DNA of 63,375 nt, counting the filler, from Aduncisulcus paluster (Eukaryota), in assembly GCA_024181965.1 (NCBI GenBank). It is 9 parts of 9 records of this genome, joined end to end, with 100 filler letters (N's around TTAATTAATTAA, not from the genome) between each part and the next. Parts side by side here need not be neighbours in the genome. Positions count along the whole stretch, not along the records: positions 23,763 to 30,733 come from BQXS01011053.1; positions 30,834 to 41,546 come from BQXS01011054.1; 7 more parts are not named here. One strand, written 5' to 3'. A program made the position numbers and the translations under genes. Below the pieces are notes generated by a model, which was not told where the DNA came from, did no database searches, and saw only the letters and a list, made by a program, of their open reading frames with translations. This document shows, one piece after another, positions 23,763 through 35,886 of this stretch; the stretch's first letter is position 1; the number at the start of each line of letters is the position of its first letter.

Positions 23763-26470
23763 TGCTGTCTCCTGACTTCCTTCCATCCTATAGCAGCCAA
23801 TCGTGACCTGCATGCAGCCAATTCAGCATTCAAAACATCTTTGGCGACCCCATCGACCAATACTCTCCATTCATCGGGTGTTAAAAGACATACCCGAGAC
23901 ATTGGCAACGTTTTTGAATAAGAAAGCTCCACGAATTCTTTCTCCAATCTCTCAAACTCTTTTTTTCGAGCATCTCCAAGAATCCTTTGTTTCAATAATC
24001 TTTGTTGTTCAATCAGATCAACACCCTCCCGTGTTGAGGACTCCACTTCCCCTCCTTCCACGGAGGATGTTTTTGCCACATCTTTTGCAGTGAGATCAGA
24101 TGCATCAGAGAGATCTGGCAAAGGGTGGTATTTCCTCCATACGGAAACAATGTCTGATCTATCCATTATGCCATAATCAAAGAAATTGGAGTTCATCAAC
24201 GAACTCACGCTGTCAATTGTCATCTCAGCCTTTGATCTCATTCCACTCCCATTATGTCTCTTCTTCCTCTTCTCCCTCTTCCGTGCAGCCTCGAGTCCCA
24301 TCCATACGTCATCACCAGGATCAGGGAAGGCACATGCACCATGGACACCGGCACCGAGCAGTGCAAGAACATTCTGGGGTAAAAATAGACACAGAGCTTC
24401 CGCCGCAGCATTACAAGCATCCTCAGAAGGGGTCACCGAGAGATTCATGCGACGCTGTGCAAGAGTGTCAAATAGAGACATAAGCTGGGTCTCATCGTAC
24501 GGTGCTGGAGACTGTCCCGCGGCAAAGGAAGAGGAGGAAGAAGTGTCCATCACAGACGAGAAGGAGAAGGCTGTGGGATTAGTCAAAACAGAAGATATGG
24601 CGTCAGCCAATGGCGATATCTGTCGATCAACATCAACAAGCGAGATGATATCGGATATTCCCTCAGATTCAAGCACAGCTCGCACCATTTCATAGGCCAC
24701 CTTTCCAACCCTATCCGAATCCCTTTCTCCCGACTCCATCATATTCTTTATCATATTCTTTATAATGTCTCGTATTTTCTTCCTTATCTTCTTCCGTTGA
24801 TTGTCGGCATAAGATGTCTTCTTACTCGTGAATCGATCTTCCATCATTTGACGTCGTTTCCTCTCCTTTGAAAGTAACACATCTCGGAGGGAACTGTTAA
24901 GCTCAACCTTATCAAGTGATGAGGCAACGTTTGATGAGACATGCTGAGCAAGGGGAGAGAATGACACAGGGACACGCATGTTAGCATCAGCATCAATAAC
25001 CCTCTGAATGAACGTCTCGAAGTCATACGCAGGACCATACTGTTCCTCTTGCTGCCTTGAATATCTCTCTGCCTGTCCTGTACCCAAGTCAATCAGAGAG
25101 AACGAGGGACCACGGGGATAAGGCTCCTTTTCATTCTTATTCCCAAGGATAAGGTCGAGGGTGAAGAATGCATCCTTGTTCAGAACAATGGGGAAGGATG
25201 CAGACGAGATATGATGTGACGCAGTGTCGTCATAGCCCAGTTCTTCAGCAAACTCATCAGAACTGGAACATTCCATTTCTTCATCGCCAACAGAGCCATG
25301 TCCACTCTCATCTTCAACACCACGCTTAATCTCTTCTTCAATGTGGCTTGAAGCAGCCAACCATCCTTCTTCACCTTCTCTTTCGAACTGATCATCGAGT
25401 CCATTCTCATCACCATTGGAAGTAGTAGGGAATGTACGATTCCCTGTTCCGGCATTCTGTTGGCGTATATGCTCCTCCATACATGTCTCCTGTGTTCCGT
25501 GTGCTTGAGGAGACAACCCTTCGATAGTAATTCTTCCATCGATGATGCGGACTCTCCCATCCCGAATATAGCCAACAAGCTTTCGTGGTGAGGAGATAGA
25601 AGGGAATAGAGAAGGAAGAAGGGCAAGAATCGATGGAGAGAGTGCTGTGGAAAGGGTGCGAGTGAGCATGGGTACAACGGAGGAGGAGAGAGGGACGTTG
25701 GGGGATAGGAATGAACTCAGAGCTTTAAGAGACTTGTCGATAAGAATCTTCTTCTCATTTTCAGTAATTTCTGGCTCTTTCTGAATTAGTTCTTGCGATG
25801 AGGGGACATGGATAGATTTCTTCCCAATAAGAACAGATGGAAGCACTCCAGCTTTCTTAGCTTCTCGTACGGTCTGAATCATTGAATCACAAACATTATT
25901 TTGACGTTGAAGACCATCAATACGATCCCAAACAGAGGTTTCAACCTCCCTTTTCATATCCAATTGGGATTGAGCAACCAAAGCACATCGTAGGGTCAAA
26001 GACGTTAATGTTGCACGTGCTGCGGTTTCTTGACGTTGAATTATTACATCTCGTTTTGCCCGTTTAATTTTTTTTGCTATTTGTGCTGTATGTTTGTGTT
26101 GTGTTGACATAAGAGATAAAGATGTCTGATCAAGAGCCTTTCTTCGCAACATTTCTTTTGATTGTATCATTATCATACTCTCATTGATTTCAGATATTGA
26201 TCTAGAGAGATCAACATATTCTTTTCGACGCCGTTGCAGAAGTAGCTTTGTTTGATCGGCTTTCTTTCGTAAAAGAGCCTCCATCTTCTCCATTTCTAAA
26301 GTTAAAAGCTTATTTGATAATAATTTCTGAGTTTCACTTTCAATTTTCGTATCGATTACCTCTTTTTCTTTTTCAGCTTCAATTTGTTTTCTTAAAAGCA
26401 TTTCTGCTTGCTTTAATTCTGCTGTAGAATCATATAAACTTTGTATTGTCACTCGTGGCAGAGTTGACAT
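23763..26470 (-). CDS. hypothetical protein with N-terminal coiled coil, 3' partial
   Basis: ~900-codon ORF running to the contig edge. Confidence 0.75.
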
Positions 26471-26810
26471 TATGAATTCGCCCCAAAAGCCACCGTTAGT
26501 TTTATTCGGCCACCATAAAACAAAGGATCACATTTTGAATGAATTCAGAATAAACATATAATAAATTATTTTTTTTGGATGTTTTTCTATTTATTTTTAG
26601 CTCATTTGTGGCTATAGAATTCATCGTGCTATCTCGATAACTTCTTCGAGAATACAACAATTATAAAGTGAAATAGATTTTACATAGCAAATCAATATTG
26701 AATACACACATATATATATAAATTTATTGGTATAAAATGGAGAATGAACACAAAACTACATGGTACATTCATACGACGGATGATTATACAGTATCTTATG
26801 AATTATCTCA

Positions 26811-28838
26811 TTATTTCCATACCCTAACTGTCATATCAGCACTTACACTCAACAGAGAAGAGTAATCATGAGTGAAACAAACACCTTGAACACCATCAAG
26901 ATGGCCCTCATGAACTACTACACTTCCTTCCGCAGTATATAACACTTTGACACTTCCATCATCACTGGCAACACATACACACTGTCCATACTTGTCCACA
27001 GCCACACTATTGGCACTGTATGGACCCAATTTGTTAGCAGAGAGACATGGATCACCGACACCACGGACATCCCACAACAGAACGGACCCATCTGCATCAC
27101 AACTCACAATTACGTGGCCACTCTCACTACATCTGACTGAATTAACAGCATTAGTATGACCGAATAGCGTCTGAACACATTGTCCAGTCCTAGAATCCCA
27201 CATACTAACAGTTTTATCTGCTGAACAACTCAAAAGCATATTAGAGTGCGGTTTAAACGTGACCCCATTGACAGAATCAGCGTGCCCACGAAGACATCCC
27301 CGATTCTTAGCAGTCCCAACGTCCCAGATCCTGATAGTACAATCCGATGAAGAGGAAGCAAGGAAATCACCGGTACAGTGGAAAGCAACATCCCAAACAA
27401 CACTGGCATGCTCAGCAAAGACACAGACACAACTCTGACGACTGAAATCCCAGAGTCTAACTGTACTGTCTCCGCTAGAGGTTGCAAGGACAGCTCCAGA
27501 CGGATGGAATGCTGCAGAAGACATCCAAGAAGTATGTCCAGCTCCGGTAAGGATGAGCTCACCATCGGGAAGACCAAGAACTCGCCATACACCATCATCA
27601 GAGGCAGTGGCAAAACATTTACGACGGGGATGGGCAACGACATTCGCAATAGGAGATTGAGTTTGAATAGGTTTTGCGGCAGAAGTAAAATTTTGAGCAT
27701 CAATTCTCTCTTTAAGAAGTTGATCTTCGGGGAGAGCAAATAAATCATCATCTGATCCCATAGGATTGGCAATTGCAGCCAAAGAAGGCCAAGGAGCATC
27801 AATTATTTCCTCTTCTGAGGCTTCATCTTTCTCTTCTAGTTCCTCTTCACCAGTTGTAGATTCTTTACCTAAAGCATTCTCCAATGTCTTAACTTTTGCC
27901 GATAAACGGTCTCTTTGAAGTGTTGCAAGCATTTTTGACTTCATGGCTGACTGATATTTTTTCTGCATGCCATCTAATGCAGGTTGGAAACGATCTAGCT
28001 GTGTACGAAGGCGTTGAAGATCTTTTGTCAATCTATCACGTTCTTGAGTAGCCTGTCTATGATGTAAACGATGATAATCTCTTCCCCTTCTAAGTTTTTC
28101 ATATCGTTTAGCAGCAGTCTTTAATACATCCTGCAATTCATGTATTTTTTGTTCTAATTCTCTGACTTTTAGTGTTAATACTTCATTTTGTTGATGAATA
28201 TCAGGTAAATACGAAAATTGTGATGAAGATCCTTTTTGAACTTTTGCTTTTAACCATTCCTGTTGAAAGGTTTCTAAAGTTTTTTTCATCCCCATATGAG
28301 CTAAAAAATTCCTAATAAAATCTTCTGTACTCTCAGGCGCCCTTTCAGCCTTTGGTTTTGGGATTTTTTTCTCTTTTTCGCGACGTTTCACTTTCTCCAA
28401 GGATTTGAGGGTTTGTTCAAAAGTTTCTTCTTCACTTCCATCATTCCCAAAATCTAATTGTGCAATATCGATCCCTTCAAATTCANNNNNNNNNNNNNNN
28501 NNNNNTCTGACTTTTAGTGTTAATACTTCATTTTGTTGATGAATATCAGGTAAATACGAAAATTGTGATGAAGATCCTTTTTGAACTTTTGCTTTTAACC
28601 ATTCCTGTTGAAAGGTTTCTAAAGTTTTTTTCATCCCCATATGAGCTAAAAAATTCCTAATAAAATCTTCTGTACTCTCAGGCGCCCTTTCAGCCTTTGG
28701 TTTTGGGATTTTTTTCTCTTTTTCGCGACGTTTCACTTTCTCCAAGGATTGGAGGGTTTGTTCAAAAGTTTCTTCTTCACTTCCATCATTCCCAAAATCT
28801 AATTGTGCAATATCGATCCCTTCAAATTCAGATGTCAT
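26811..28838 (-). CDS. SPAG16: central-pair WD40 protein PF20/SPAG16 (~560 aa after collapsing the gap duplication)
   Basis: DFIRNFL..MGMKKTLETFQQEW, LRRGRDYHRLHHRQ..QERDRL, coiled coil and C-terminal WD40 repeats; ATG at 28838. Confidence 0.9.
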   Translation of the reverse strand: MTSEFEGIDIAQLDFGNDGSEEETFEQTLQSLEKVKRREKEKKIPKPKAERAPESTEDFIRNFLAHMGMKKTLETFQQEWLKAKVQKGSSSQFSYLPDIHQQNEVLTLKVRXXXXXXXEFEGIDIAQLDFGNDGSEEETFEQTLKSLEKVKRREKEKKIPKPKAERAPESTEDFIRNFLAHMGMKKTLETFQQEWLKAKVQKGSSSQFSYLPDIHQQNEVLTLKVRELEQKIHELQDVLKTAAKRYEKLRRGRDYHRLHHRQATQERDRLTKDLQRLRTQLDRFQPALDGMQKKYQSAMKSKMLATLQRDRLSAKVKTLENALGKESTTGEEELEEKDEASEEEIIDAPWPSLAAIANPMGSDDDLFALPEDQLLKERIDAQNFTSAAKPIQTQSPIANVVAHPRRKCFATASDDGVWRVLGLPDGELILTGAGHTSWMSSAAFHPSGAVLATSSGDSTVRLWDFSRQSCVCVFAEHASVVWDVAFHCTGDFLASSSSDCTIRIWDVGTAKNRGCLRGHADSVNGVTFKPHSNMLLSCSADKTVSMWDSRTGQCVQTLFGHTNAVNSVRCSESGHVIVSCDADGSVLLWDVRGVGDPCLSANKLGPYSANSVAVDKYGQCVCVASDDGSVKVLYTAEGSVVVHEGHLDGVQGVCFTHDYSSLLSVSADMTVRVWK
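28161..28830. repeat. 325-bp duplication across a 20-N gap (28161-28485 vs 28506-28830) with one SNP
   Basis: T28406 vs G28751 (K/Q). Confidence 0.9.
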
Positions 28839-29023
28839 CACAGGAGTCAAAACCCGAAGACTATATATTCCACGACGAATTCGAATAAATTCAATAAAAA
28901 ATCAGCAAAATAATTCATAAAAGTATCTTAGAGTAACAATATATTCTTTAAAATCTGTAGCACGTGATGAAATCAACTCATGATTACGCTTCATCCAATT
29001 CTTTCTTTTGATCATCTATTGTT

Positions 29024-30733
29024 ATGGCAACACCACTTTGGGTCCAAAGATTAAAAGACTACAATTCTAGCGGTGGTGGTGGTGGATTATTTGGATCTAG
29101 TTCTTCGAGTGGAGGTGGATTATTTGGCGGCTCATCCAGCTCTTCAAGTTCTGGAGGTCTTTTTGGATCTTCCTCTTCTACACCCTCAACTGGCGGTGGA
29201 TTATTCGGTGATAGTGGTTCGTCATCTTCCTCTGGTGGTGGATTGTTTGGCGGCTCATCCAGTTCTTCTTCTGGTGGAGGTGGATTGTTTGGGGGTTCTT
29301 CTGGTTCCTCATCTAGTGGTGGCGGTTTATTTGGAGGCTCTTCAAGCTCTTCTTCAAGTGGTGGATTGTTTGGTGACTCTTCTAGTTCCTCTTCCTCTGG
29401 TGGTGGATTGTTTGGTGGATCTTCAAGTTCTTCGAGTAGTTCCAGTGGAGGAGGTTTATTTGGTGATAGTGGTTCGTCATCTTCAGGCGGTGGATTGTTT
29501 GGTGGATCTTCAAGCTCTTCAAGTAGTTCTGGTGGAGGAGGTTTATTCGGAGATAGTGGTTCCTCTTCTAGTGGTGGCGGTTTGTTTGGTGGATCTTCTA
29601 GTTCCTCTTCTAGCTCTGGAGGAAGCCTTTTTGGTGGATCTTCCTCTTCTTCATCCTCAGGTGGAAGTCTCTTTGGCTCTTCCGACAACAATGGATCTTC
29701 TTCCACAGGAGGGGGTGCCATTCCCACTGTTCAGTTGGCTGTTGTGCCAACACCTACCATTACCAAGCTACCTTCAAGGTTTAGCTCGGAGTCTCTCACA
29801 GATATGATATCTGGTGGTTCCAGGAAAGACTTTACATTCACTGCAAAGAAAGACAAAGATAAAGACAAAAAGAAGTCGGATCTATTTGGTAAGAAAGATA
29901 AGAAAAAAGATATATCCGGAGAATATTTGGAAGAGAGTCTTGAGCTCCCACAAATTGTCCCTCCATCCTCTTTGATGTCCTCTGATCTCCATACTACAAA
30001 GAAAACTCGTTTAAAACAATCCTTTATGCATACTCTCACCCCCACTCCCCATGTTCCCCCCTCATCATCCGTATCTCGCAGTGCTGCTCATACCCCTTCC
30101 TCTTTCGGTCGTAGAAAGCCTCTTGTTGACCATTACTCCGGCTCTAAGGCTTCATTCGAGAGTGATCAATTTGATCATCTTTCTCCAGCTGTTACATCAC
30201 CCACGTCAACTATATCTCCTATGGCTCCTCCTCCGGCCACTCCCATGAAGCAGTTCACCCGTGATGTTCCTGCCGATACGATCAAGAGCCTGATTGAACC
30301 CAAGAAACACGATGAACACTACCCAGTGCCCTCTGGAGAGTTCCCAGGATCCTCTTCTTCTTCTTCCACTGGTACTCCATCCATGTTCTACCGTCGTGGT
30401 ACTCCAGGAGTTGTCCCTGGTGCCCACCGTGGTCGTGACACAGGTTCCGTTCCCCTGAGCACCCCTGGTCTCTCCAGTGAGCACCGTGGGTCGAGGCAGG
30501 GAAGAGAGTCCCGTTCAGCCGCACCCGGTAGTGCTGGAGGCCGCATTCTTGGGTCTTCTCCCGTAAGACATGAACCTTCCCCTTCCAGCGAAATGTCGTT
30601 TTTCGAAGAAGGGGCCAGTGAGACGACTTATGCCCGCTCCGCCGCATCAATGCAACCCAGTTCCACCACTGTATTGACGCCTGAGCATCAAGGCATGTCT
30701 GCTGGCCCCAGACCAATGTGGGGTGGTCGAGGC
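29024..30733 (+). CDS. GLFG-repeat nucleoporin (Nup98-like), 3' partial
   Basis: 13 GLFG + 2 SLFG repeats; N-terminal QRLKDY resembles the ELRxxDY end of a GLEBS motif. Confidence 0.75.
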
Positions 30734-30833
30734 NNNNNNNNNNNNNNNNNNNNNNNNNNNNNNNNNNNNNNNNNNNNTTAATTAATTAANNNNNNNNNNN
30801 NNNNNNNNNNNNNNNNNNNNNNNNNNNNNNNNN
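30734..30833. other. artificial contig spacer
   Basis: N-TTAATTAATTAA-N. Confidence 0.97.
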
Positions 30834-30835
30834 GA

Positions 30836-33800
30836 GGTACTGGTCATCGAGGACGGAATGCCACCCGTATGGGAGAAAGTGGTGGTCGAGGAGGTCCTGG
30901 AGGAAATGGAGGTAACGGAGGTCGAGGAGGTGACGGCGGATCTGGTGGACGAGCAGGAAATGCTGGAAATGGAAGTTCTTGTGTCATAAGTGTTACTGAT
31001 TCACGTTATTTTGTTTTGTGTGGAGTCGATGTTCGCAAAGGACTTGGAGGAAGAGGAGGCCGAGGGGGCTCTGGTGGAGCTGGAGGATCTGGTGGAGCTG
31101 GAGGATCTGGAGGATCTGGAGGAAGTGGTGGTCCCAGCGGACGGCGTGCTAAGGAGTATGTGCCTCCTGGACATACTGGAAGCAGAGGTTCCAGTGGACG
31201 GCCTGGAGTTCGAGGTGCAGCCGGTAGACGAGGGCCTGATGGTCCAAATGGAGCTAACGGGATTGATGGTTCGATTCAGTATCAGCTTGTCGATGGGATG
31301 TCTGGAGCCATTATTGAAGCTTCTCCAACACCATTGGATGTTGTTATGCAATCATGGTCAGCGGATTCCTTCCATCATGACAATATTTTTGAACCAGGTG
31401 AAGAGATTTATGTGTTTAATGTTGATATGCATAACCCTAACGTTGGTCTCACTCTTCCTCCCGAGACTACCCTCGAACTTTCTCCTCATTCCTCCGAAAT
31501 ATTCCCTTCTACAAACTTCTTATCTCTTCCAGCGATTCCTCCAATGCAAAAATATCTTCATCCAGACAGCATTGTTGCTTCGATCGTCCCTGAAAGACCC
31601 TTGACATTGCTCTATGAAAAACCTTTCACTGAATCCGATGTATCTCGTGATAGACAGATCATTAGACCGACACCTCTTAAGAGATCGTATAAATTAACAC
31701 CCTCTGTCACATGTTTTAATAGGAAGTTTCCTCATGGAACACTTGAAAGGAGTATCGACGTGCAATATCCTGTGACCATTTCTCACTATTCTCAGCCTCC
31801 AAAAGTCGTTCCCATGGTTCCTTTTGATATTACTGTTCAAATCGAGAACCGTTCTTCCAGGCATTATGGTGGGAATGATGAATTAGTTTCAACCGGTGCT
31901 TCGGCAGGAACCGTAACAATTGATCTTCTCTCGAGCACAAGGATGGAGGATCCATTCATTACAAGGTTTTCAATGCGTGAGAAAGGAATCATGCCTTCTG
32001 AAGATGGATTCATTGCCAATCCTCTTGTTGTTGATCCCACTGGGAATGCTGTCATATTGGAAACATCTGGAGAAGTTTCAAGGGTTTCTGATACAAAAAG
32101 ACCAGATTTCTTCTTCCCTCCATCCCCTTCCAAGAGAATTAAAGAAAGTATTGCTTATTTACCAGTGTATAATAGTGCCGAAGGAGCCGATTCAACTACG
32201 GCTGCTCAGAAATTACAGGTTGCAAGGACTCTTTGCCATGGACTTCGGATGCAACCTGATGCATGGCCCTTTGGTTTCACAAGGGTTCAGACCAAGTTTG
32301 CACTCTCTCCACTTGCTCCTTTTTATGAACACGTTCCTCTCCAAATTAGGCTTAATCTTCGTGGATTGCCAGTTCAAAAAGAGGAACCGAGCATCCAAGC
32401 TGCCCCCGGATATAATCATTATGGAAACACTTTGTGCATTTTCGATCACACAACAAATAGAAACCAATTCAAAACTTGGAGCCGTCTTTTCAATGCTGAT
32501 ATGATAGAGCTTCCGAGTGGGAGATTCCTTCCCCCTGGGCATCCTCCACTCGCTCTTGCCCATGCTCGATCAGATGCCTTCTTATGTGGGTGTGATTACT
32601 TTGATTCTCAAATATACAAGGGAATAAGCCATCTTGGTGCCTTGCCAGCAGTTGAACGATTATACCATCGTCTCCGTGCACCCTGGGTTGGCAAATATAA
32701 AGGAGGTTTGATCGTTGCCAATCTACAGAAAGTTCTTCCCATCGAAGGGAGACGGAAAGGAAGTGCTCTCCATCGTGGATATATTCGAGGTCTTGATGCC
32801 ATTGATCTCCTTGATCACTATTCCAGTTCATCTCTGGTTTCTATTGATTGGGCAAGAGAAATGGTTGAATTCCAAAAAGCGATGCTCTCTGTCGATCGGA
32901 AAATGTCAGGTAGTCTTCGCCCTTGTGTACCCTTCGAGGTTCACAATATAAATCTGAAGGAGCCTCCGACGAGTCCCGTTTTTATTGATAGTGGGTTTGT
33001 TTCAACTGGCATTGAACTGAATGATCTCCTCGGAACGTTTGTCAATAGTTTTAATCATAAGGGAGTTGTGAGTGACATTGCATTATCATCAACAAAGGAA
33101 GAAATGGAAATGATTCAAAATGGACAAGAGAAGAATCTTAATTATTCTGGGGGTTCTGGCATTTCAACTTTTGAGTTCCCTCTTGGATGTTGCAGGTGTG
33201 GAAGGTACAATGCTGCTTATGGGAAACGCGCTCTTGCAAAGGTGATTGTTGAGATGAATGAACAAGATGACACTCATGTCCATATTGGATATCTTGGAAA
33301 GCCTCTTCCTCGAGGATCCAATGGTCCAATGGCACAGGCAATGATATTAAAAATACGGTTACCTCGGGCCGCTGCTTTTTCAATTGTTCCAAGAAACCAA
33401 CGTGAAGGCGCTGGGTTTGTCCTTGCTACACTTCGTTGTTCCCCCGTTGTTCGACTGGTCTCATTACTTTCTTGTTTCCCATCCCCTGAAAATACACTGG
33501 TCACACGCTCTCCTCTCCGAACAAATTATTATCGCGGTTCAGCAGAAAGAAAACTTGACATGCCTATTGTTCTGAGTTTCGAAGATGCTGTATGCTTGGC
33601 TCTGTGTGAAAAGATGCTCAATGAGTATGATTACGCCCATTTACATAACGAAACCTTAAACTTGAAGCCAGGTACACTCAGTGATCCCACTATAAGCGCC
33701 CAGATGTGCGTAAAGCAACATATTCCTGCCTATCTTATTATTTGTGACGCTGTGTTATTCTGGGCTCGTCATACCGATGAACACAAGACAATGGCCGCCG

Positions 33801-34285
33801 TTATCTCTCCTTCTGTGCTCAGTTCACTTGTTTTGGTCTTCACAAAGTTCTTGTCATGTCACGATTCCCCAAAGACTCCAAGCCAGAAGAAATACTTAAA
33901 AAATACAAAAATAGCATTCAAATCAATCCTCGATTCTCTATTTCCTCGTAGAGATTCTGTTTTACGCTGTGAAGTTGGTGTTCGTGAAGAACGTGGTGTG
34001 TCTTCTTTCCTGTGCTGTGCCAGAAAGAAGAAGAACGCTGATGAATGTTTCAGTCCCTTTGGAAAGATTATTCGTGTCAAACGCAAGGAATTGTTGAACC
34101 ATATCGATAAAAGGAATGAATTTACACCTCGAATTTATGCTATTCTGAAGGATTATGGGATAGACCCTGCCGTTTTCAATGAAAATATTGTTAGTGACCA
34201 ATCAAAATATGTATTTCATGATGATCAGCCTATGATTTCGCCTTATGATTCTGTGTGGACAATGGGACGTGATAAAATGGCATAA
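30836..34285 (+). CDS. Gly-rich (GGxGGx / collagen-like) N-terminus + large uncharacterised region, 5' partial
   Basis: >1100-codon ORF; GGxGGx repeats followed by a beta-rich DNIFEPGE module. Confidence 0.75.
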   Translation, partial: GTGHRGRNATRMGESGGRGGPGGNGGNGGRGGDGGSGGRAGNAGNGSSCVISVTDSRYFVLCGVDVRKGLGGRGGRGGSGGAGGSGGAGGSGGSGGSGGPSGRRAKEYVPPGHTGSRGSSGRPGVRGAAGRRGPDGPNGANGIDGSIQYQLVDGMSGAIIEASPTPLDVVMQSWSADSFHHDNIFEPGEEIYVFNVDMHNPNVGLTLPPETTLELSPHSSEIFPSTNFLSLPAIPPMQKYLHPDSIVASIVPERPLTLLYEKPFTESDVSRDRQIIRPTPLKRSYKLTPSVTCFNRKFPHGTLERSIDVQYPVTISHYSQPPKVVPMVPFDITVQIENRSSRHYGGNDELVSTGASAGTVTIDLLSSTRMEDPFITRFSMREKGIMPSEDGFIANPLVVDPTGNAVILETSGEVSRVSDTKRPDFFFPPSPSKRIKESIAYLPVYNSAEGADSTTAAQKLQVARTLCHGLRMQPDAWPFGFTRVQTKFALSPLAPFYEHVPLQIRLNLRGLPVQKEEPSIQAAPGYNHYGNTLCIFDHTTNRNQFKTWSRLFNADMIELPSGRFLPPGHPPLALAHARSDAFLCGCDYFDSQIYKGISHLGALPAVERLYHRLRAPWVGKYKGGLIVANLQKVLPIEGRRKGSALHRGYIRGLDAIDLLDHYSSSSLVSIDWAREMVEFQKAMLSVDRKMSGSLRPCVPFEVHNINLKEPPTSPVFIDSGFVSTGIELNDLLGTFVNSFNHKGVVSDIALSSTKEEMEMIQNGQEKNLNYSGGSGISTFEFPLGCCRCGRYNAAYGKRALAKVIVEMNEQDDTHVHIGYLGKPLPRGSNGPMAQAMILKIRLPRAAAFSIVPRNQREGAGFVLATLRCSPVVRLVSLLSCFPSPENTLVTRSPLRTNYYRGSAERKLDMPIVLSFEDAVCLALCEKMLNEYDYAHLHNETLNLKPGTLSDPTISAQMCVKQHIPAYLIICDAVLFWARHTDEHKTMAAVISPSVLSSLVLVFTKFLSCHDSPKTPSQKKYLKNTKIAFKSILDSLFPRRDSVLRCEVGVREERGVSSFLCCARKKKNADECFSPFGKIIRVKRKELLNHIDKRNEFTPRIYAILKDYGIDPAVFNENIVSDQSKYVFHDDQPMISPYDSVWTMGRDKMA

Positions 34286-34735
34286 TCGGATCAGTTGAGT
34301 TATCTTTTTCTATATTATTAAGATCTATTGTCTTTTTCCATGCCTTTTGATCTTAATTATTTTGATCTTCTTTCTATTTGTTTTTCAGAAAAACTTTTTC
34401 TCGTTTAATTCATTTTCTTATTTTGTTTCGTGATCATTGATGTATTTTCTTTCTTACGCTCTTACGATTAATGTCTTCACTCATTTATTTGTCAGTGACA
34501 AGTTTGTCACTATTCTGAGATGTTATTCTTTATTTCTTTGCCCTCTCTTCATTGAAATTTTCAAAGTTATAAGTTATCATAATTCATAATTTGAATTAGA
34601 ACAGTGAATTGGATGCACGAGAAATAATTTCTGTGCAGAAATTCAACGCAGATAATAAAAATAATTTCTATTTAAAATTTAAATTTTTAAATGATAATTT
34701 AACATATAGAGAACCATATTGTACAAAGATATGAA

Positions 34736-35587
34736 CTATTTTTTCTTTTTCTTGGCTTTCGATTTGGCAGCCTTTTTGGCTTCATCTGTCAAATATTCAC
34801 AAAGACCTCCCAGCATTCTCGCACAATTAATATCACCATCGGGGGTTGGTCTGCCGGCCATTTTTAAGAAAGGGATAAGAACTTCCTTGGTAATACGACC
34901 ATCATCAGGCGGCTCATCCTTTCCCTTTTTCTTGGCACCGCCAGAGGAACTCCCACCCTTTTTCTTATCGCCCTTCGTCTTCTTCTTCTTCTTCTTGGGC
35001 TGGGGCAGCAATGTTGGATCGGGAGGTTGCATTATAGTCTTGATAACGGAATCTCTTGGAGCATATAACGGGGTCTCTTCTTCTTGGGTGTCAAATGCAA
35101 GAACAACTTTAAATGCTTCGGCCATTTCATCTGGTTTCTTCACTTTAATCATCTGTCCGGCCAAAATCAGGAGAGCAGCATCATTCGGAACAGATCCAGA
35201 TGTGGCAGGATCAAATGGAATACAGAGCTCATGAACTTCAGCTTTGGATAACGAAAATCCGAAAACAGATAATAAATATGGAATTTTATCAATTTCTATC
35301 ATTCCTGACAATTCAGGATCAAATTTTCCTATCACGGCATCAAATTCTGGTTTGACGGCTTTAGCCATTTTTTCTTCCGGAGTAAGCTTGAAATATAACA
35401 ATACGAAACAGATAAATTGTTGTTTGTTATGATATATATTTATGTACGCGGAAACGAACGACAAAACAGAAGAGTTCAAAATCAAACGATAGTAAATAGA
35501 AGAAAATTAAACATTAAATAAGTTCTGTTGACATGTTCTGTGTCTAACAAATCATACCTTTGGTTTCTTTGACTTTTTTTTTGCCAT
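34736..35587 (-). CDS. degenerate EF-hand protein (calmodulin/centrin/EFCAB2-like); exons 35587-35558, 35386-34736
   Basis: MAKKKSKKPK|LTPEEK via a GTATGA...AAG intron (171 nt, phase 0); EF-like loops FDPELSGMIE, FDPATSGSV, EAFKVV...DGRITKE. Confidence 0.65.
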
Positions 35588-35886
35588 TATGGGTGGTTTC
35601 GAGGGGAAAAAAGCTTCCAGAGGAATCAATATATTTTATTCAAATACTTTTGAATATTCTTTATCCAATCATGTATTGAATGTACAAATATAATGTATCT
35701 TTATTATATAATTCGTTAATTCAGAATTTCATGAATGTCGGGAAATACAAAGATATTTGGAGTTTCAAACTTAAAAAAATTAGAAATTTCTATATGGAAG
35801 TTTGTTTCTATCAATATTTCTATTTTTATTGATTCATTGCCTCTTGGGAAAGAAAAAAGAAAATCGCCCCATATTTCTTCGCTAAT

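Noticed and set aside
29059-29807. Pro/Glu-rich and Val/Leu-rich overlapping ORFs
   Set aside because: Shadow frames of the GLFG repeat region.
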